Position numbers and translations under genes: made by a program | Origin: Phoronis australis | Taxonomy: Eukaryota; Animalia; Phoronida | Direction: 5' to 3' | DNA length: 64,000 bases | Assembly (NCBI GenBank): GCA_002633005.1 | Contig: NMRA01000206.1 | Location: 48,551 to 112,550, forward strand | In this document: positions 12,521 to 24,725 of the stretch, piece after piece | Numbering within the stretch: the stretch's first letter is position 1 | Layout of the letters: each line of letters opens with the position of its first letter | Notes under the pieces: generated by a model | Told to the model about the DNA's origin: nothing | The model's database searches: none | The model's input: only the letters and a program-made list of their open reading frames with translations

Positions 12521-15500
12521 CAGCACACATCACGAAGTTTTTCCGCCCGGTCCGAAATTGGTCGACGACTGGCCGTCGACCGGTCCGAAAATTAGCCAAC
12601 CGGCAGCCGCCCGCAGTGCCAACTCATAAGGAGACTCCCCAGCTGACCCTTCAGCCGACCCTTCAGCCGACCCTTCAGCCGACCGGCTATCAGCCGACCA
12701 GCTGGTCAGCAGCTATTTTTAGGCTAGAGTAGCAGTTGCGAAATAGGTTGTCAGGCTGATACCACTTTGGGTGTCGATGCATATTCGTCTTAACACAGGG
12801 TCAAATAAATTAACCTACTTTTGCTTTCTCGGTTGCATGAGTTCACGTCGGTTGTGTAACACCACTAATTCGAATGTTGATTTTAGGCCAGCGGTAATAG
12901 TAAACAGTGGATTGCGGACAATGCAACAACTTTTGGATGAAAAACGTGAAAGTTTTCTTTACATTCGATCTTTAATTTGACTCGTGTCGTTAACCAGTTG
13001 TATATAGACTGGTTGCTTCCCGGTCAATACAACGTTGTAGTCATTTTGTACACGCAGCTATTTTTCGCAGTCTTTGCCTCACTTGATTTTGTTTGTGAAC
13101 GCCAAACTGTATCTTTTTGCGTTTTTTAAGTTATTCAAAGGTCTCCTATCACACGCCCATGATGATGGATTAGTGGGCGAGTTGTTACACGGCGAAGTGC
13201 TATCACTCCGGGAATTTTATTTTCATAGTATTGACCCTTGTAGTACAGACGCGATAATCACGGTCCAGTATGCCCTAAACCCACGGACTTCGATGGCTCT
13301 AACTTCGAAATCATACTATGGTTACAATTTCCACGAACCTAGGACCAATATCAAATATTACTCCCAGCACGAACTACAGTAAGACGGTGACATCAAACAC
13401 GGGAATGACCACTCTTGAGGCTACAGCCAATTGTAGCTTTGCGCATTCCGTTTTCATGTGTCGGTGACGTTAAAATCTGGTCTAGAGTTACATGTACACG
13501 TAGGCCCCTATCAGTCGGTCGTTCACGTTGTTTCAAAAATAAATATTTTCTGTCCACAACATAATGACAAATTATGTAAAATAAAACAGTTGTGAACGCG
13601 AAGATGTGAATACGTGGTGAAGAGATATTTGTCTCTAAGCGGCATATGTGCGTGAATCTTTGGTAAATCGGTTGCGATGGCAAAAAATGATAGAAAATAC
13701 ATCAAGGTGCACTTTTGAGAAGCAAAGCGTCTAATGATATTTATAGCGTATGACCTGGCAACCATAGGTAGTAAGTGACGCTGAATGAGAAGTGGCAACT
13801 ACATGTTTGGCGCGAAAATAAAAACATCATGCTTGTATCGCCACCCCCCCTCCCCGAGTTTTGCACATTCTAATGAGTCACCACTCGAGATTTGCTTCCG
13901 TTTCAGTCCTAAGAAAGGAAAAGTACAATTTTTGAAACGTTGCTCACTAGTCTCAAAAAAGTTTCCAGCATTAGTGCGCTTTATCAGAAATGCCAAGCAC
14001 ACGCAGCGTTGTAAGGCAGAGACGTTGGCGTTTTCGTATGTTCACAAAAGTGCTTTGAGCAGTGTGTACTCGACTATAAGCTCACATTTACTCCTCATTG
14101 TCGCAAACTCGTTCAAAAAGTACAAAAATTAATTAATCCAAATAGAATTATATCTCGTAATCTCAACTCCATGTATCTTGAAACTCTGTTCAAGTCTTTT
14201 GTTCTTCCACATCTAGACTACTGTGACATAATCTACCAATCGGCAAACGCTGGCATAGGCCTACTTCAATACTACAATGCCAAACAACTTTAGCCATAAC
14301 CGGGGCATACAAAGGGTCTTACACAATCAAGGTTCTAAATAGTCTTCACTGGAGCAAACTAGCAACCCGTCGTAAACTCCACCTGTCCAACATAAAGAAT
14401 TACTCTAACAAAATCCTCTTTGACACCTACAAAAGACCAAGCACGAGACCAGGACTCCGGCAAAGCAATATGTATACTATTCAAGCCTCCATCAGCCAAG
14501 CCTGCAGAAGATCAAGGACATTAACTTGTATTGGCAACTGGAATTCCTTACTTTTCAAAATAAAAGAAAGCACTTCAATCGTCACTCTCAAAAATAACTT
14601 TAAAATGCATACCAGTACTCCAGACTTGCCAGTCCCATTGACATCATTCCAATTTCCCCGCAACCATGAAATAACCTTATTCAGATCAAGATGTGGTCTA
14701 TTCCTAAACAACGAGAAATTTAGACATACTTTTAATAATATTTCGCCTCTGTGATCCTGTGGAGATACCCAGACATATCCTCATGTTTTCTTTGCTTGTG
14801 AGGCATGCAAGGAGGAGAGGGTACACCTCTTCCAGGCACCCGAACAATAGCCCAATGTTTATAAAACATGTTCTGAAATTCCGCAATTGTACAACGAAAT
14901 TAATTTCTTTCTATATTGATGTCAAGAACTTAACTCAAACGAAAATAAGGTTTTATTTGAAATAGTATCAGAATTTCTTCATAACATTAAATCTCTTTGT
15001 GTGAGTGGTTAGAATTTTATACATCTGTATGAAAATGAATTATTTTCATTCGTTGTCATATTGATGTCAGTTTTAGCTCTTGTAGTATAATTACACGAAA
15101 CGCCAAGTATTGTGTTCTTACGCCAAAGGGCTCGGAAGGCTCTAGCCTTGGTGCGAAGCTGTTTACTGAATTAAATATACAAATTTGCGCCGTTGTGGTT
15201 AAAAACTGACTGAAAAAATTTTTTCTAGAGTAATCTAAATTATTTACCAGCGTTGCAAAAATTGGTTTTCTACAATTATTCTGCTGCTAAAATTATGGTT
15301 TGATCTTTTGCGTCGACATTCGACGCAATGAAGTATTGCGTCACCTATCAGCCAGTTTCTTTTTCCCAGATTCTTCAATCAAACGTTCTCCCTCGAGGTT
15401 GCGTAAACGCCACAACAAATGATCAGAATTGGTTTCACTTCATTATGTTTTTGGAATTTTGATATCAGTGAACCGAATTTTAGAACTAATTTTGCTGAGA

Positions 15501-16749
15501 TGTTTTCATCATCTAATGGGAGATGGCGAAAAAATTTTGGAAGTGGCGTGTGCCACGAATGATCTCTTTTCAAAACGACGACGTATGTTCTTTCGTTACA
15601 AAAGGCAGAGAATTACGCAAGAAGATGACGTCGGATGTTATTCGCTTAAACGGCCGTAACGGGCAACTTGAATGCCAATTGACTTCCAGAGTGTGTATGC
15701 AAACCTGCCGGTCTAAACCTCATGTTGATACAAGCTTTTCGACGAGGTGACAAGCGTAACTATCCGGGCTGTGTGAAGTTTCGAGGTCTGTTTGAGCTCA
15801 ATACGCAGTGGCACCTTGCTGTATTTGGAAAATAGTCTTCATACAGCTAGCTGGCTAAACAGGAAGGCTCTAGCTTCGAAAAGATTTGTATTGCGAAAGT
15901 GCTAACAATTTCAGAATGATGATGGGTGATGGATGACACTATAAACCGATCACAGTCTTCCGTATTCATGCGCCCGTGATTTAGCATCGGCGCTATGTTC
16001 AAACCATTGTTTATGTCGTTCCTAAAGTAAACTTGTGCTCTATTGCTGTACCAAAAACAGAAATTAATACTGAAATAAACAATAGTTATCTGTGGTAAAG
16101 CGTAATATACAGCGTGATGAAGTTATGATCAAGAGCAATAACGGATGAGCGCAAATGCGTGCTATTTGTTGGGCATTCCGCGGCATGAAAACACTTGAGG
16201 TCGTAAAATAGCCAGTGTTGTATTCTGATTTTTATACAATGTTACTGTAAATTTCAAATTTCGTGCTTGTTTTGATACATAATGTACTGTATAAAAAGTC
16301 TCATACCTAAAGTTAGAAATTATGCTTCCGCGATATCACTTAACGTTTGATTTTACCACGCCGCCATTAATTCAACATAAAGTTTTAGGCTGGTGTAATG
16401 TCACGCACTTTGTATTTGTTGGTCGATTCGATTTTACCTCCTTTCAATAGTTGAACAAAAGTTGATAAACCGATTTCAAGACCGGAGTTGCCACTGGTAA
16501 ACGAACTGCGAACAGTTAAATGTTTGTTTGTCCAAAGTTCGCCCGCTAAGTCATAAATGGTAATTGCCGACCAAGGACACGCTTAATCCGAGTTGGTCGT
16601 CTACGCTAGGCGACCACTTAGCCGACCCAAGTGCCGACCACAGATGCGACTCAGCAGACGGTTCCTAGCCGATCGTTGTTGGTCGGCTGCTGGTCGGCTA
16701 GACGTCGACCAATTTCCGACCGGTCGGAAAAAAGTCGTGATGTGTGCTG
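12521..16749 (+). mobile_element. Non-autonomous TIR DNA transposon with TA target duplication
   Basis: TIRs CAGCACACATCACGA...GAAATTGGTCGACG / CGTCGACCAATTTC...TCGTGATGTGTGCTG; TA on both sides (12519-20, 16750-51). The paralogous empty site near 11996 has a single TA. Subterminal CCGACC/GGTCGG/GTCGAC repeats. Confidence 0.9.
14070..15010 (+). pseudogene. Decayed LINE RT 3' fragment, same family as 4507-5670
   Basis: DYKLTFTPHC...LFKSFVLPHLDYCDIIYQSANAG...WNSL...LFRSRCGLFLNNEKFRH with frameshifts; ends approximate. Confidence 0.85.
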
Positions 16750-17357
16750 TATGAAAAGCCCTGTTTTTTGTGCTGTTCTTGATTTTTCTAACGAAAAGTT
16801 TTCAAAAAGTTCATAAAAATAATTGATCTAGTCCACAGAATAATAGGCCTGGCAGCTAACGGCTTGTGGCTGGGTGTCTAGTTCCAATGTTTACTATTTC
16901 TACTACTAGTGACAATAGGGGGTTGGTACATGTACATGTAAGTTGATACTTTCTAGGTTACAAACAGAACAGCAGTACGAGGGCCGTAGAGCTGTAGCTG
17001 GAGACCAGGCGAGCTTTCCTCATGTAAAATATACCGTAAATGTTATGCTCCAATGAATCGGTTCGCACTGCGCTATTGATAAATACTACAATTTTAAAAT
17101 CTTTTATGATCTTTTAAAATGTTTTTATTTTTAAAATTATACTCAGATATTAAAAAGCAACTGTCGACAAGTGAAATTTCCTTTTGTCTCACCTGGATGT
17201 AAGGTGCTGTATTTTAACACAGTAAAGAGATGTCGTAACAATGTGACTTACAGATACATGTACACACATCGTTGTGATTTGAAGTTTTGTCTGCATGATT
17301 GTTGGCTCATAAGTCGGTCATAAATTTAAAGTTCTCAAAATGCTTACAATTTTCCAG

Positions 17358-17588
17358 GGATTGATAAGTTTGAGAACAAGAGGCTTGAGCCTGCGACACA
17401 ACTCGTCGTTCACCCTAGTGTACGCGACGCGTGGTCCTGTGCATACAGGTGCCAAATAACAATTTGTGTAGCAGCTGAGTGGAAAATGGACACCGACGAA
17501 TGCAAAACACTGGAACCAGGCAACAATCACGTTTTGGTAGAAGATAAAAACTGTACCGTATTTGTGAAGGCATATTCACGTTTTTCAG
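17358..17588 (+). CDS. Exon: PAN/apple-like domain 1 (not in ORF track)
   Basis: tttccAG|...|GTaagt, 231 nt, phase 1-1. IDKFENKRLEPATQLVVHPSVRDAWSCAYRCQITICVAAEWKMDTDECKTLEPGNNHVLVEDKNCTVFVKAYSRFS has PAN-type C-x3-C...C-x-A-x2-W...C spacing. Confidence 0.75.
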
Positions 17589-18639
17589 GTAAGTGATCAT
17601 TGCCATGGATATTAGTCTAGTTGCCAAAAAGTTGACCCTGCCATGTTGTTTACTGTAAAGTTTTCTTTCGGGAAATTAGCGTGTGTGGATAGGAGAATAA
17701 AATTAACTTCGTTGCACTTTGTGGAACTTTGAGCATTTTTTTATTATTCAAGATGGCGGCTTCCGCTGTCTTGAATTACACCTAATTTCCACACTCTGAG
17801 CATGATACCGTGTAGGATCTTGCAATTTGTGGTATGATGATATTATTTTATGGATGCAAGGTCAAATTCAAGGTTAAACGAGATGTCAAATGTCACGTTG
17901 AACTGAAAGAATTAAAAGTCATCTCTTTTGCGCTACGAAATATTAAATTCATGTGAAATGCGGAATTGTCATTTCTGTGATTCCATTATAGCAGGAGTAA
18001 GGGATAGCTCAATACTGGAATAAGAGAACATCCCAATATCTCAATATTAGTTTAGAATATTGTTGTACCAGACCTACGCATGCCGCTTGGACCATTATGT
18101 TTTATTAGTTGAAACATATCTGAGGAGCTAAGGACTTGACTCACGCGACCAAAGGTGTGCCCCGTGCGACTCGAAAACACAACCTCGAGTAGAGGAAGGA
18201 CACTAGGCCACACTGCCTCCTCATTGTGAAAAGGGGTACGTGTGTAGTTTACGCGTAATACAGTGTATGTGCAGGGCACACACGTGTAGACTGCGATAGG
18301 CGCTGTTGGAAAACAGATAAACTATGACTTCTGGAACTATAAAATTCCCCGTCTTTGCTGAGCCGCCTGGCTTCTTCTATTGGGGATTGATGACTCGCTG
18401 GTTCTCAAGAAAATGCCACCCCTCCCATGCGTCGGTGTTCATAGAGAACGGCTTCAAGGCAATGGACCACGAGTCACTGACTACGATGAGTTCAACTTGA
18501 CACCCCCGTGTCCACGCAGAGAGGGGTTTATTAGAGTCGCTGACAGTTCGTTCAAACCAAGAACTAGTCTCTATCCAGTGCCATCACGTCTTGTAACCTC
18601 TCATGTTGACGATACTTGTTCAGGTCAAATCTCTGAAAT

Positions 18640-20330
18640 GTTGTATTTTGTCTAAAATACTACTATCCCCCTTCTCCATTTGAGTCTTGGCTTCTACTGG
18701 CTGCATATTAGACGTCCCATAACTCAAGAGCTCGGAGACGTCAGTGTTGTCACAAGGGATTCTGATGGTGTGGTTGCCTTCTTCAGCCACTTTCAACATT
18801 CACCATTTAACGTCTGCTTCAGCATGTGTAATTACACAGCGGCTCTTCTTGACCCGCTCGGTGTTGAATAGAAGGTAATAGCTTCATACACATAGAAGGT
18901 TGATTAATATAGGTCTATTTAGAATAGTTTAGCGGCAAAAGGGATGTTTGGGAACAGGGGTTAGCATGTTTTCCTTAACATTTGCTCATGTTATCGTCTC
19001 ATGGTCCTTTGTGTTGGGATCTTTGTTGATCATTTTTTCAAAGCTAATAATTGTTTCACACGGTGGAGGATGGGGTTTAGTAGAGTGTCGAGGCTTTACC
19101 TAAATCTCCCGTAGTTCCGGAAGCACTCCAAACGACTTCCTACAAAAGCTAAATAACAGCAACCAACACCACCTCCGCAGCAGAATGATTTAGGACCTAA
19201 CGAGAAGAGATTTGACTAAAATGGCATTGTCACCCTTCCTCAGACTGCCGATCTGGGCTGTACGGAGTGGACTCAATAAGTTCATACTTTACTGAAAGAT
19301 ATCAGCTATGTTAACGTTACATTACCGTCTTACGACTAACAGGCAACTGAACAGCGTCTAAGCTCCATGTCCTTCCTTTGACAGTACAGGCTTCTTCACC
19401 AACTCCAGCGTTTTGGCTTTTTCTTAATTGCTTTGTAACATTCAGCTTACCAAAAATAAAAATCTCACTCCTTTGATCATGCCCAATTACCATCTCGTTC
19501 TGGAATCTATTCGGCGATTGCAGATGTTATGGAGATGTGAATGCTGGTCAGTGATCGTGTGTCTGCGCTTCTCTACCTCATCCGCAATCTTCCTCTAGTC
19601 ATCCTCTACCAGGTCCACTACTCCCTTAGTCTTTTTCCTGTCACTCCATTACATGACGTTTGCTTTTCACCACCTTCATTCCACATGACTTAATGTTCTC
19701 CATGGCAGTATCAAGGTGGACACACCCACTGAAACTCTTTAACTACATGACCGCTTTATTGTTCGGTTCACATAAAAATGCCCCAGAACCTGTATCTCGT
19801 TGGATGTACAGTATGCCTGTTCTTCGAATAGTTCAGCTGGTACTACAGTCTTATCATCCATGTGCTGACAGCTGTTCGCAGCTTCGAGTATATCTTTTTG
19901 ACGTGCTCCACACCCAGCAAACTTCAATATAAAGTTCGAAAGAACTCCGTCAATCTGTTAAACTTGGTACATGTATAAACTTCTTGTCAGAAATGTTTGG
20001 CACCTTACTCCAACACTTACATGTAGACCCCTACTGCACGTTTGTCGAACTTTTGTCGTAGTTTAGGTTGACGTTATTGCGCCTAGCCATTTATCGTTTA
20101 TTTATGAATGGGGTTACGTGCAAATTGTGAAAGTTAATACGACGTACATGGAGGCGCTATCGTATTCTTGTCGAAAAGAATTCTCACGTTGTTTGGTTTA
20201 TTCTGAAAAGAGCTACACCAGTGTTGGTACCATACATAATTATGGTGGCCTGCTAGGGAAAAATACGTCAACATCTCATTGAGACAGGGTGGTTGAAGGA
20301 TCATATTTAAGTAAGTCATCAGCTCTTCTT
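18640..20330 (-). pseudogene. Academ-like transposase relic
   Basis: Manual minus-strand translation gives motifs in the expected order: CLNEMLTYFSLAGHHNY (cf. MLPYFxAAGHxNYA), RKIADEVEK...LHNICN, GSLRKGDNAILVKSL, VAEEGNHTIRIPCDNTDVSELL (cf. IRILSDDTDVFVLL). Many stops and frameshifts. Confidence 0.72.
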
Positions 20331-20718
20331 GAGTAGAAATTGAGCAACAACATAGCTGTTGTGAGATTATATACCAACAGAGCATCGGTTCTAGCATTTC
20401 CGTTGACTATACTGGAATGTAACAGGTTAATACTCCGATGGCCCATGCCACCACTCGGGAAAAAAAACAGCTACTCCGGAAGTACACTACTCCGAAAAAA
20501 CACCGTTACTTCGATTTTTACTCGATCTTCCTAATTTTTTTCAAAATTTCACGAATGGTTTATTAATTCATTACTTGCTAACAAAATACCAACCCAAAAA
20601 AATGTACAATGAAGTCCGATGACTTATTTCAGCTATTATTACTGTCTTTGCAAATAAACAACACTTGTATCCCATCTTCTTTGAAATTCGCTTGATCGAG
20701 AGAAAATGTATCATAGTA

Positions 20719-20966
20719 CATGGGCTCACCCAAGGGGCCTCGGGTGCTCAAACGAGTTCCCCATTTGACGAAGTGGGCATAATGGTCCGCCTCAAAACAA
20801 CAAAAAGTCCGAGAAAACGAGACGAAAGTCCATTAAAAAGACTCGAATGCACAATTTATAGCCCTGAACGTGACATCCCGTTTTTAGTCCCATGTTTTTG
20901 TTTGTAAAGGTCCATATTGCCAAACAAAGATTCGAGCCCCCATATTTTAGACTGGGTGCGCGCATG
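20719..20966. mobile_element. MITE nested in an older element with ctactccgaa / ttcggagtag subterminal repeats (about 20400-21095)
   Basis: TIRs CATGGGCTCACCCA / CTGGGTGCGCGCATG; flanks tagta / tatta. Confidence 0.65.
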
Positions 20967-21101
20967 TATTAGTGTTATAAAATGAAACATATGCGTTCAT
21001 ATTTGGAGGAAACGTGGGTTTCTTCGGAGTGGTATTTTCTTTTCGGAGTAGAGGATTTTTGGAGTAGTGTTTTTTTTAGTAATGGTCAGTAACCGTGCTA
21101 G

Positions 21102-24100
21102 AAACACCATCACTGAACTGCTGAGCGTGTGAGCATTTCCATACCATATGCTTTCTCAATTGTGCCACGACCCTCATTAAACTTGTGAGCAAAATGTTTG
21201 GCCCACTATAGTGCATGCATGTAATAGTGAGCGATTTGAAAATATATCTTGAAGAAGTTAATGAAGAAAATAAAAAATGAGATAAAAAACTAAATGTCAG
21301 AAGGCTGCTATTCAATTTTGACCTTTGACCTCTGGTTTGCCCTTTAAAAAGACTCCGTATTAATAACATATCACCTGAAATGGACTCCCCGTCACAGAAA
21401 GTGGTATAAACAATGTATTACATGACCCTGTTGGTCATAAAGTTGAAAAAACCAGTGGGTCGAAATTCAAAATAGCGGAATCCTCCATCTTGGATTGCAA
21501 AAATTGCTCAAAGTTGCACTAAGTGCAACCGAGGAAATTTTGTTCTCCTGATCATATTTGATATATGCCAACAAAAAACTTTACAGTAATCAACATTGCA
21601 GTGTTCACTATGGGAGATATTGGGCTGGCAACTAGAATATTTTAGGCTGCATAATCTGATACTTGCTTACTATTCATTAGTCTCCTTCTCGTCTGTTCCT
21701 TTCTTTCTCACATTGTGTGAACGAGTCCAGGAAACTACGATTGTTTATTGGCCTTATTGTCCCTGGGGTCATGTTACTCCGTGTTCCACAGTGACACGCA
21801 TAAATAAAATGCAATGGCCAAATATACCTGAAGTAATGATAACACGAACATGTAGTTTCACATAATGCACTACTTTCGCAGTAGTTACCCACATGCGTTC
21901 CGTAGACTGGTACAGGCGGCTTTATACGCAGAAAAGAACACGGCCTGGTGCGTTTTGCAATGTTTTCATAAATCGCCGAGTCAGTGCTTCCCCTGGGTTT
22001 TGAAAGAAGCGTTGTGGTAAATGGCCAACACGGGGTGGAAAGCCCGTTGCCGCACTCGAATATGAGAAGTATGACCCCCCTATTTTCTGGGTCTGAAACG
22101 GAGAGTGGTGGTGAATGCTCGATGCGGATGTGGAACCCGGCGCCACAAGCGAGTATGGGATGAAGTGAGATCCTCCCATCAGGGGGGTTGGAAGACCTTT
22201 CCCAAGCAAAATTTGAAATTAGATGTAATTGGTTGCAGTTTGCTCATTATAGACAAGACGTTAACCTGAGCCTCATGTAGGCCTAGTGGAAGTGTCCGGG
22301 TAACGGACACTCCGCAAGACAAATTGGCAATGAAGTGTCCGGCATAGCGTGATCTCTGTCGCACTTGAGTACCAAAATCAGTGTTAAAATTCAAATATCC
22401 AAGAAGTGACAACCGTTGAACAAAAATATGTGAACTTTGTAGACGTAATGTGTATATGTATATGTATATGTATATCAGTGATAGTGCCTTGGCATTGGCC
22501 GGCGGCGGCGTAGCAGACGATGTATAATCCAATCCATGCAGACGAATCTGAGACTGGTTAACTTTCAATGTCGTCATTTTGGCGCAGGGCTATGGTTGAT
22601 TAAACAGTTGGATGTCACGCCCTGCAGTATAATTCACAATGTTTTTTGTAAACTCGGACATGATAAAATGAATGAAGCAGAAATCTTACTGTTTCCTACT
22701 TCATTAGCAAGCTCTGGCACTTTCCCCGCATTTTAGAAAATTCGTATCTAGGTAGTTTTCTGGTCCCCGGCTGTATTAAGTTGATATGCACAATTCAAGA
22801 TTCCAGTGTAAAATTATTATTTTTCCATTTCGATCCACAAATGGCANAAACACCATCACTGAACTGCTGAGCGTGTGAGCATTTCCATACCATATGCTTT
22901 CTCAATTGTGCCACGACCCTCATTAAACTTGTGAGCAAAATGTTTGGCCCACTATAGTGCATGCATGTAATAGTGAGCGATTTGAAAATATATCTTGAAG
23001 AAGTTAATGAAGAAAATAAAAAATGAGATAAATACTAAATGTCAGAAGGCTGCTATTCAATTTTGACCTTTGACCTCTGGTTTGCCCTTTAAAAAGACTC
23101 CGTATTAATAACATATCACCTGAAATGGACTCCCCGTCACAGAAAGTGGTATAAACAATGTATTACATGACCCTGTTGGTCATAAAGTTGAAAAAACCAG
23201 TGGGTCGAAATTCAAAATAGCGGAATCCTCCATCTTGGATTGCAAAAATTGCTCAAAGTTGCACTAAGTGCAACCGAGGAAATTTTGTTCTCCTGATCAT
23301 ATTTGATATATGCCAACAAAAAACTTTACAGTAATCAACATTGCAGTGTTCACTATGGGAGATATTGGGCTGGCAACTAAAATATTTTAGGCTGCATAAT
23401 CTGATACTTGCTTACTATTCATTAGTCTCCTTCTCGTCTGTTCCTTTCTTTCTCACATTGTGTGAACGAGTCCAGGAAACTACGATTGTTTATTGGCCTT
23501 ATTGTCCCTGGGGTCATGTTGCTCCGTGTTCCACAGTGACACGCATAAATAAAATGCAATGGCCAAATATACCTGAAGTAATGAAAACACGAACATGTAG
23601 TTTCACATAATGCACTACTTACGCAGTAGTTACCCACACGCGTTCCGTAGACTGGTACAGGCGGCTTTATACGCAGAAAAGAACACGGCCTGGTGCGTTT
23701 TGCAATGTTTTCATAAATCGCCGAGTCAGTGCTTCCCCTGGGTTTTGAAAGAAGCGTTGTGGTAAATGGCCAAAACGGGGTGGAAAGCCCGTTGCCGCAC
23801 TCCAATATGAGAAGTATGACCCCCCCTATTTTCTGGGTCTGAAACGGAGATTGTTGGTGAATGCTCGATGCGGATGTGGAACCCGGCGCCACAAGCGAGT
23901 ATGGGATGAAGTGAGATCCTCCCATCAGGGGGGTTGGGAGACCTTTCCCAAGCAAAATTTGAAATTAGATGTAATCGGTTGCAGTTTGGTCATTATAGAC
24001 AAGACCTTAACCTGAGCCTCATGTAGGCCTAGTGGAAGTGTCCGGGTAATGAACACTCCGCAAGACAAATTGGCAATGAAGTGTCCGGCATAGCGTGATC

Positions 24101-24597
24101 TCTGTCGCACTTGAGTACCAAAATCAGTGTTAAAATTCAATTATCCAAGAAGTGACAACCGTTGAATAAAAATATGTGAACTTTGTAGACGTAATGTGTA
24201 TATGTATTTGTATATGTACTGTATATCAGTGATAGTGCATTGGCATTGGCTGGCGGCGGCGTAGCAGACGATGTATAATCCAATCCATGCAGACGAATCT
24301 GAGACTGGTTAACTTTCAATGTCATCATTTTGGCGCAGGGCTATGGTTTATTAAACAGTTGGATGTCACGCCCTGCAGTATAATTCACAATGTTTTTTGT
24401 AAACTCGGACATGATAAAATGAATGAAGCAGAAATCTAACTGTTTCTTACTTCATTAGCAAGCTCTGGCATTTTCCCCGCATTTTAGAAAATTCGTATCG
24501 AGGTAGTTTTCTGGTCCCCGGCTGTATTAAGTTGATATGCACAATTCAAGATCCCAGTGTAAAATTATTATTTTTCTATTTCGATCCACAAATGGCA
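21102..24597 (+). repeat. Near-identical 1.75-kb tandem duplication joined at a single N (probable haplotype/assembly artefact)
   Basis: 21102-22846 matches 22848-24597 with scattered SNPs and small indels; n at 22847 lies exactly at the junction. Confidence 0.9.
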
Positions 24598-24614
24598 AAA
24601 GGTGCCGTGTGACT

Positions 24615-24725
24615 TGTACTTATTCATTATTATTAGCGATTATTTTTGCTAGTAATCATTTTTAATTGAGAGTCATTTTACTCGCGATCATTTTTACTCG
24701 CGATCATTTTTACTAGCGATTTTTG
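24615..24725. repeat. Short tandem array of about 16-bp unit (atcatttttactcgcg)
   Basis: About 6 degenerate copies visible. Confidence 0.7.

Larger units (their letters stand above)
11728..17025 (+). repeat. About 530-bp tandem duplication; second unit split by the 12521-16749 element
   Basis: 11728-12256 matches 12257-12520 plus 16752-17025. Confidence 0.9.
17629..21610 (-). mobile_element. Decayed Academ-type DNA transposon in the first traced intron
   Basis: Long imperfect TIRs (17629-~17790 vs rc of ~21460-21610, terminus TAGTGAAC) around a decayed transposase. Confidence 0.7.

Noticed and set aside
12640-12700. CRISPR-like or coding repeat (QPTL)n
   Set aside because: A 12-bp tandem repeat with no spacers, within the transposon subterminal region.
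21596-24328. Pairs of near-identical ORFs suggesting a duplicated gene
   Set aside because: No domain signal, and they arise from the probable haplotype duplication.
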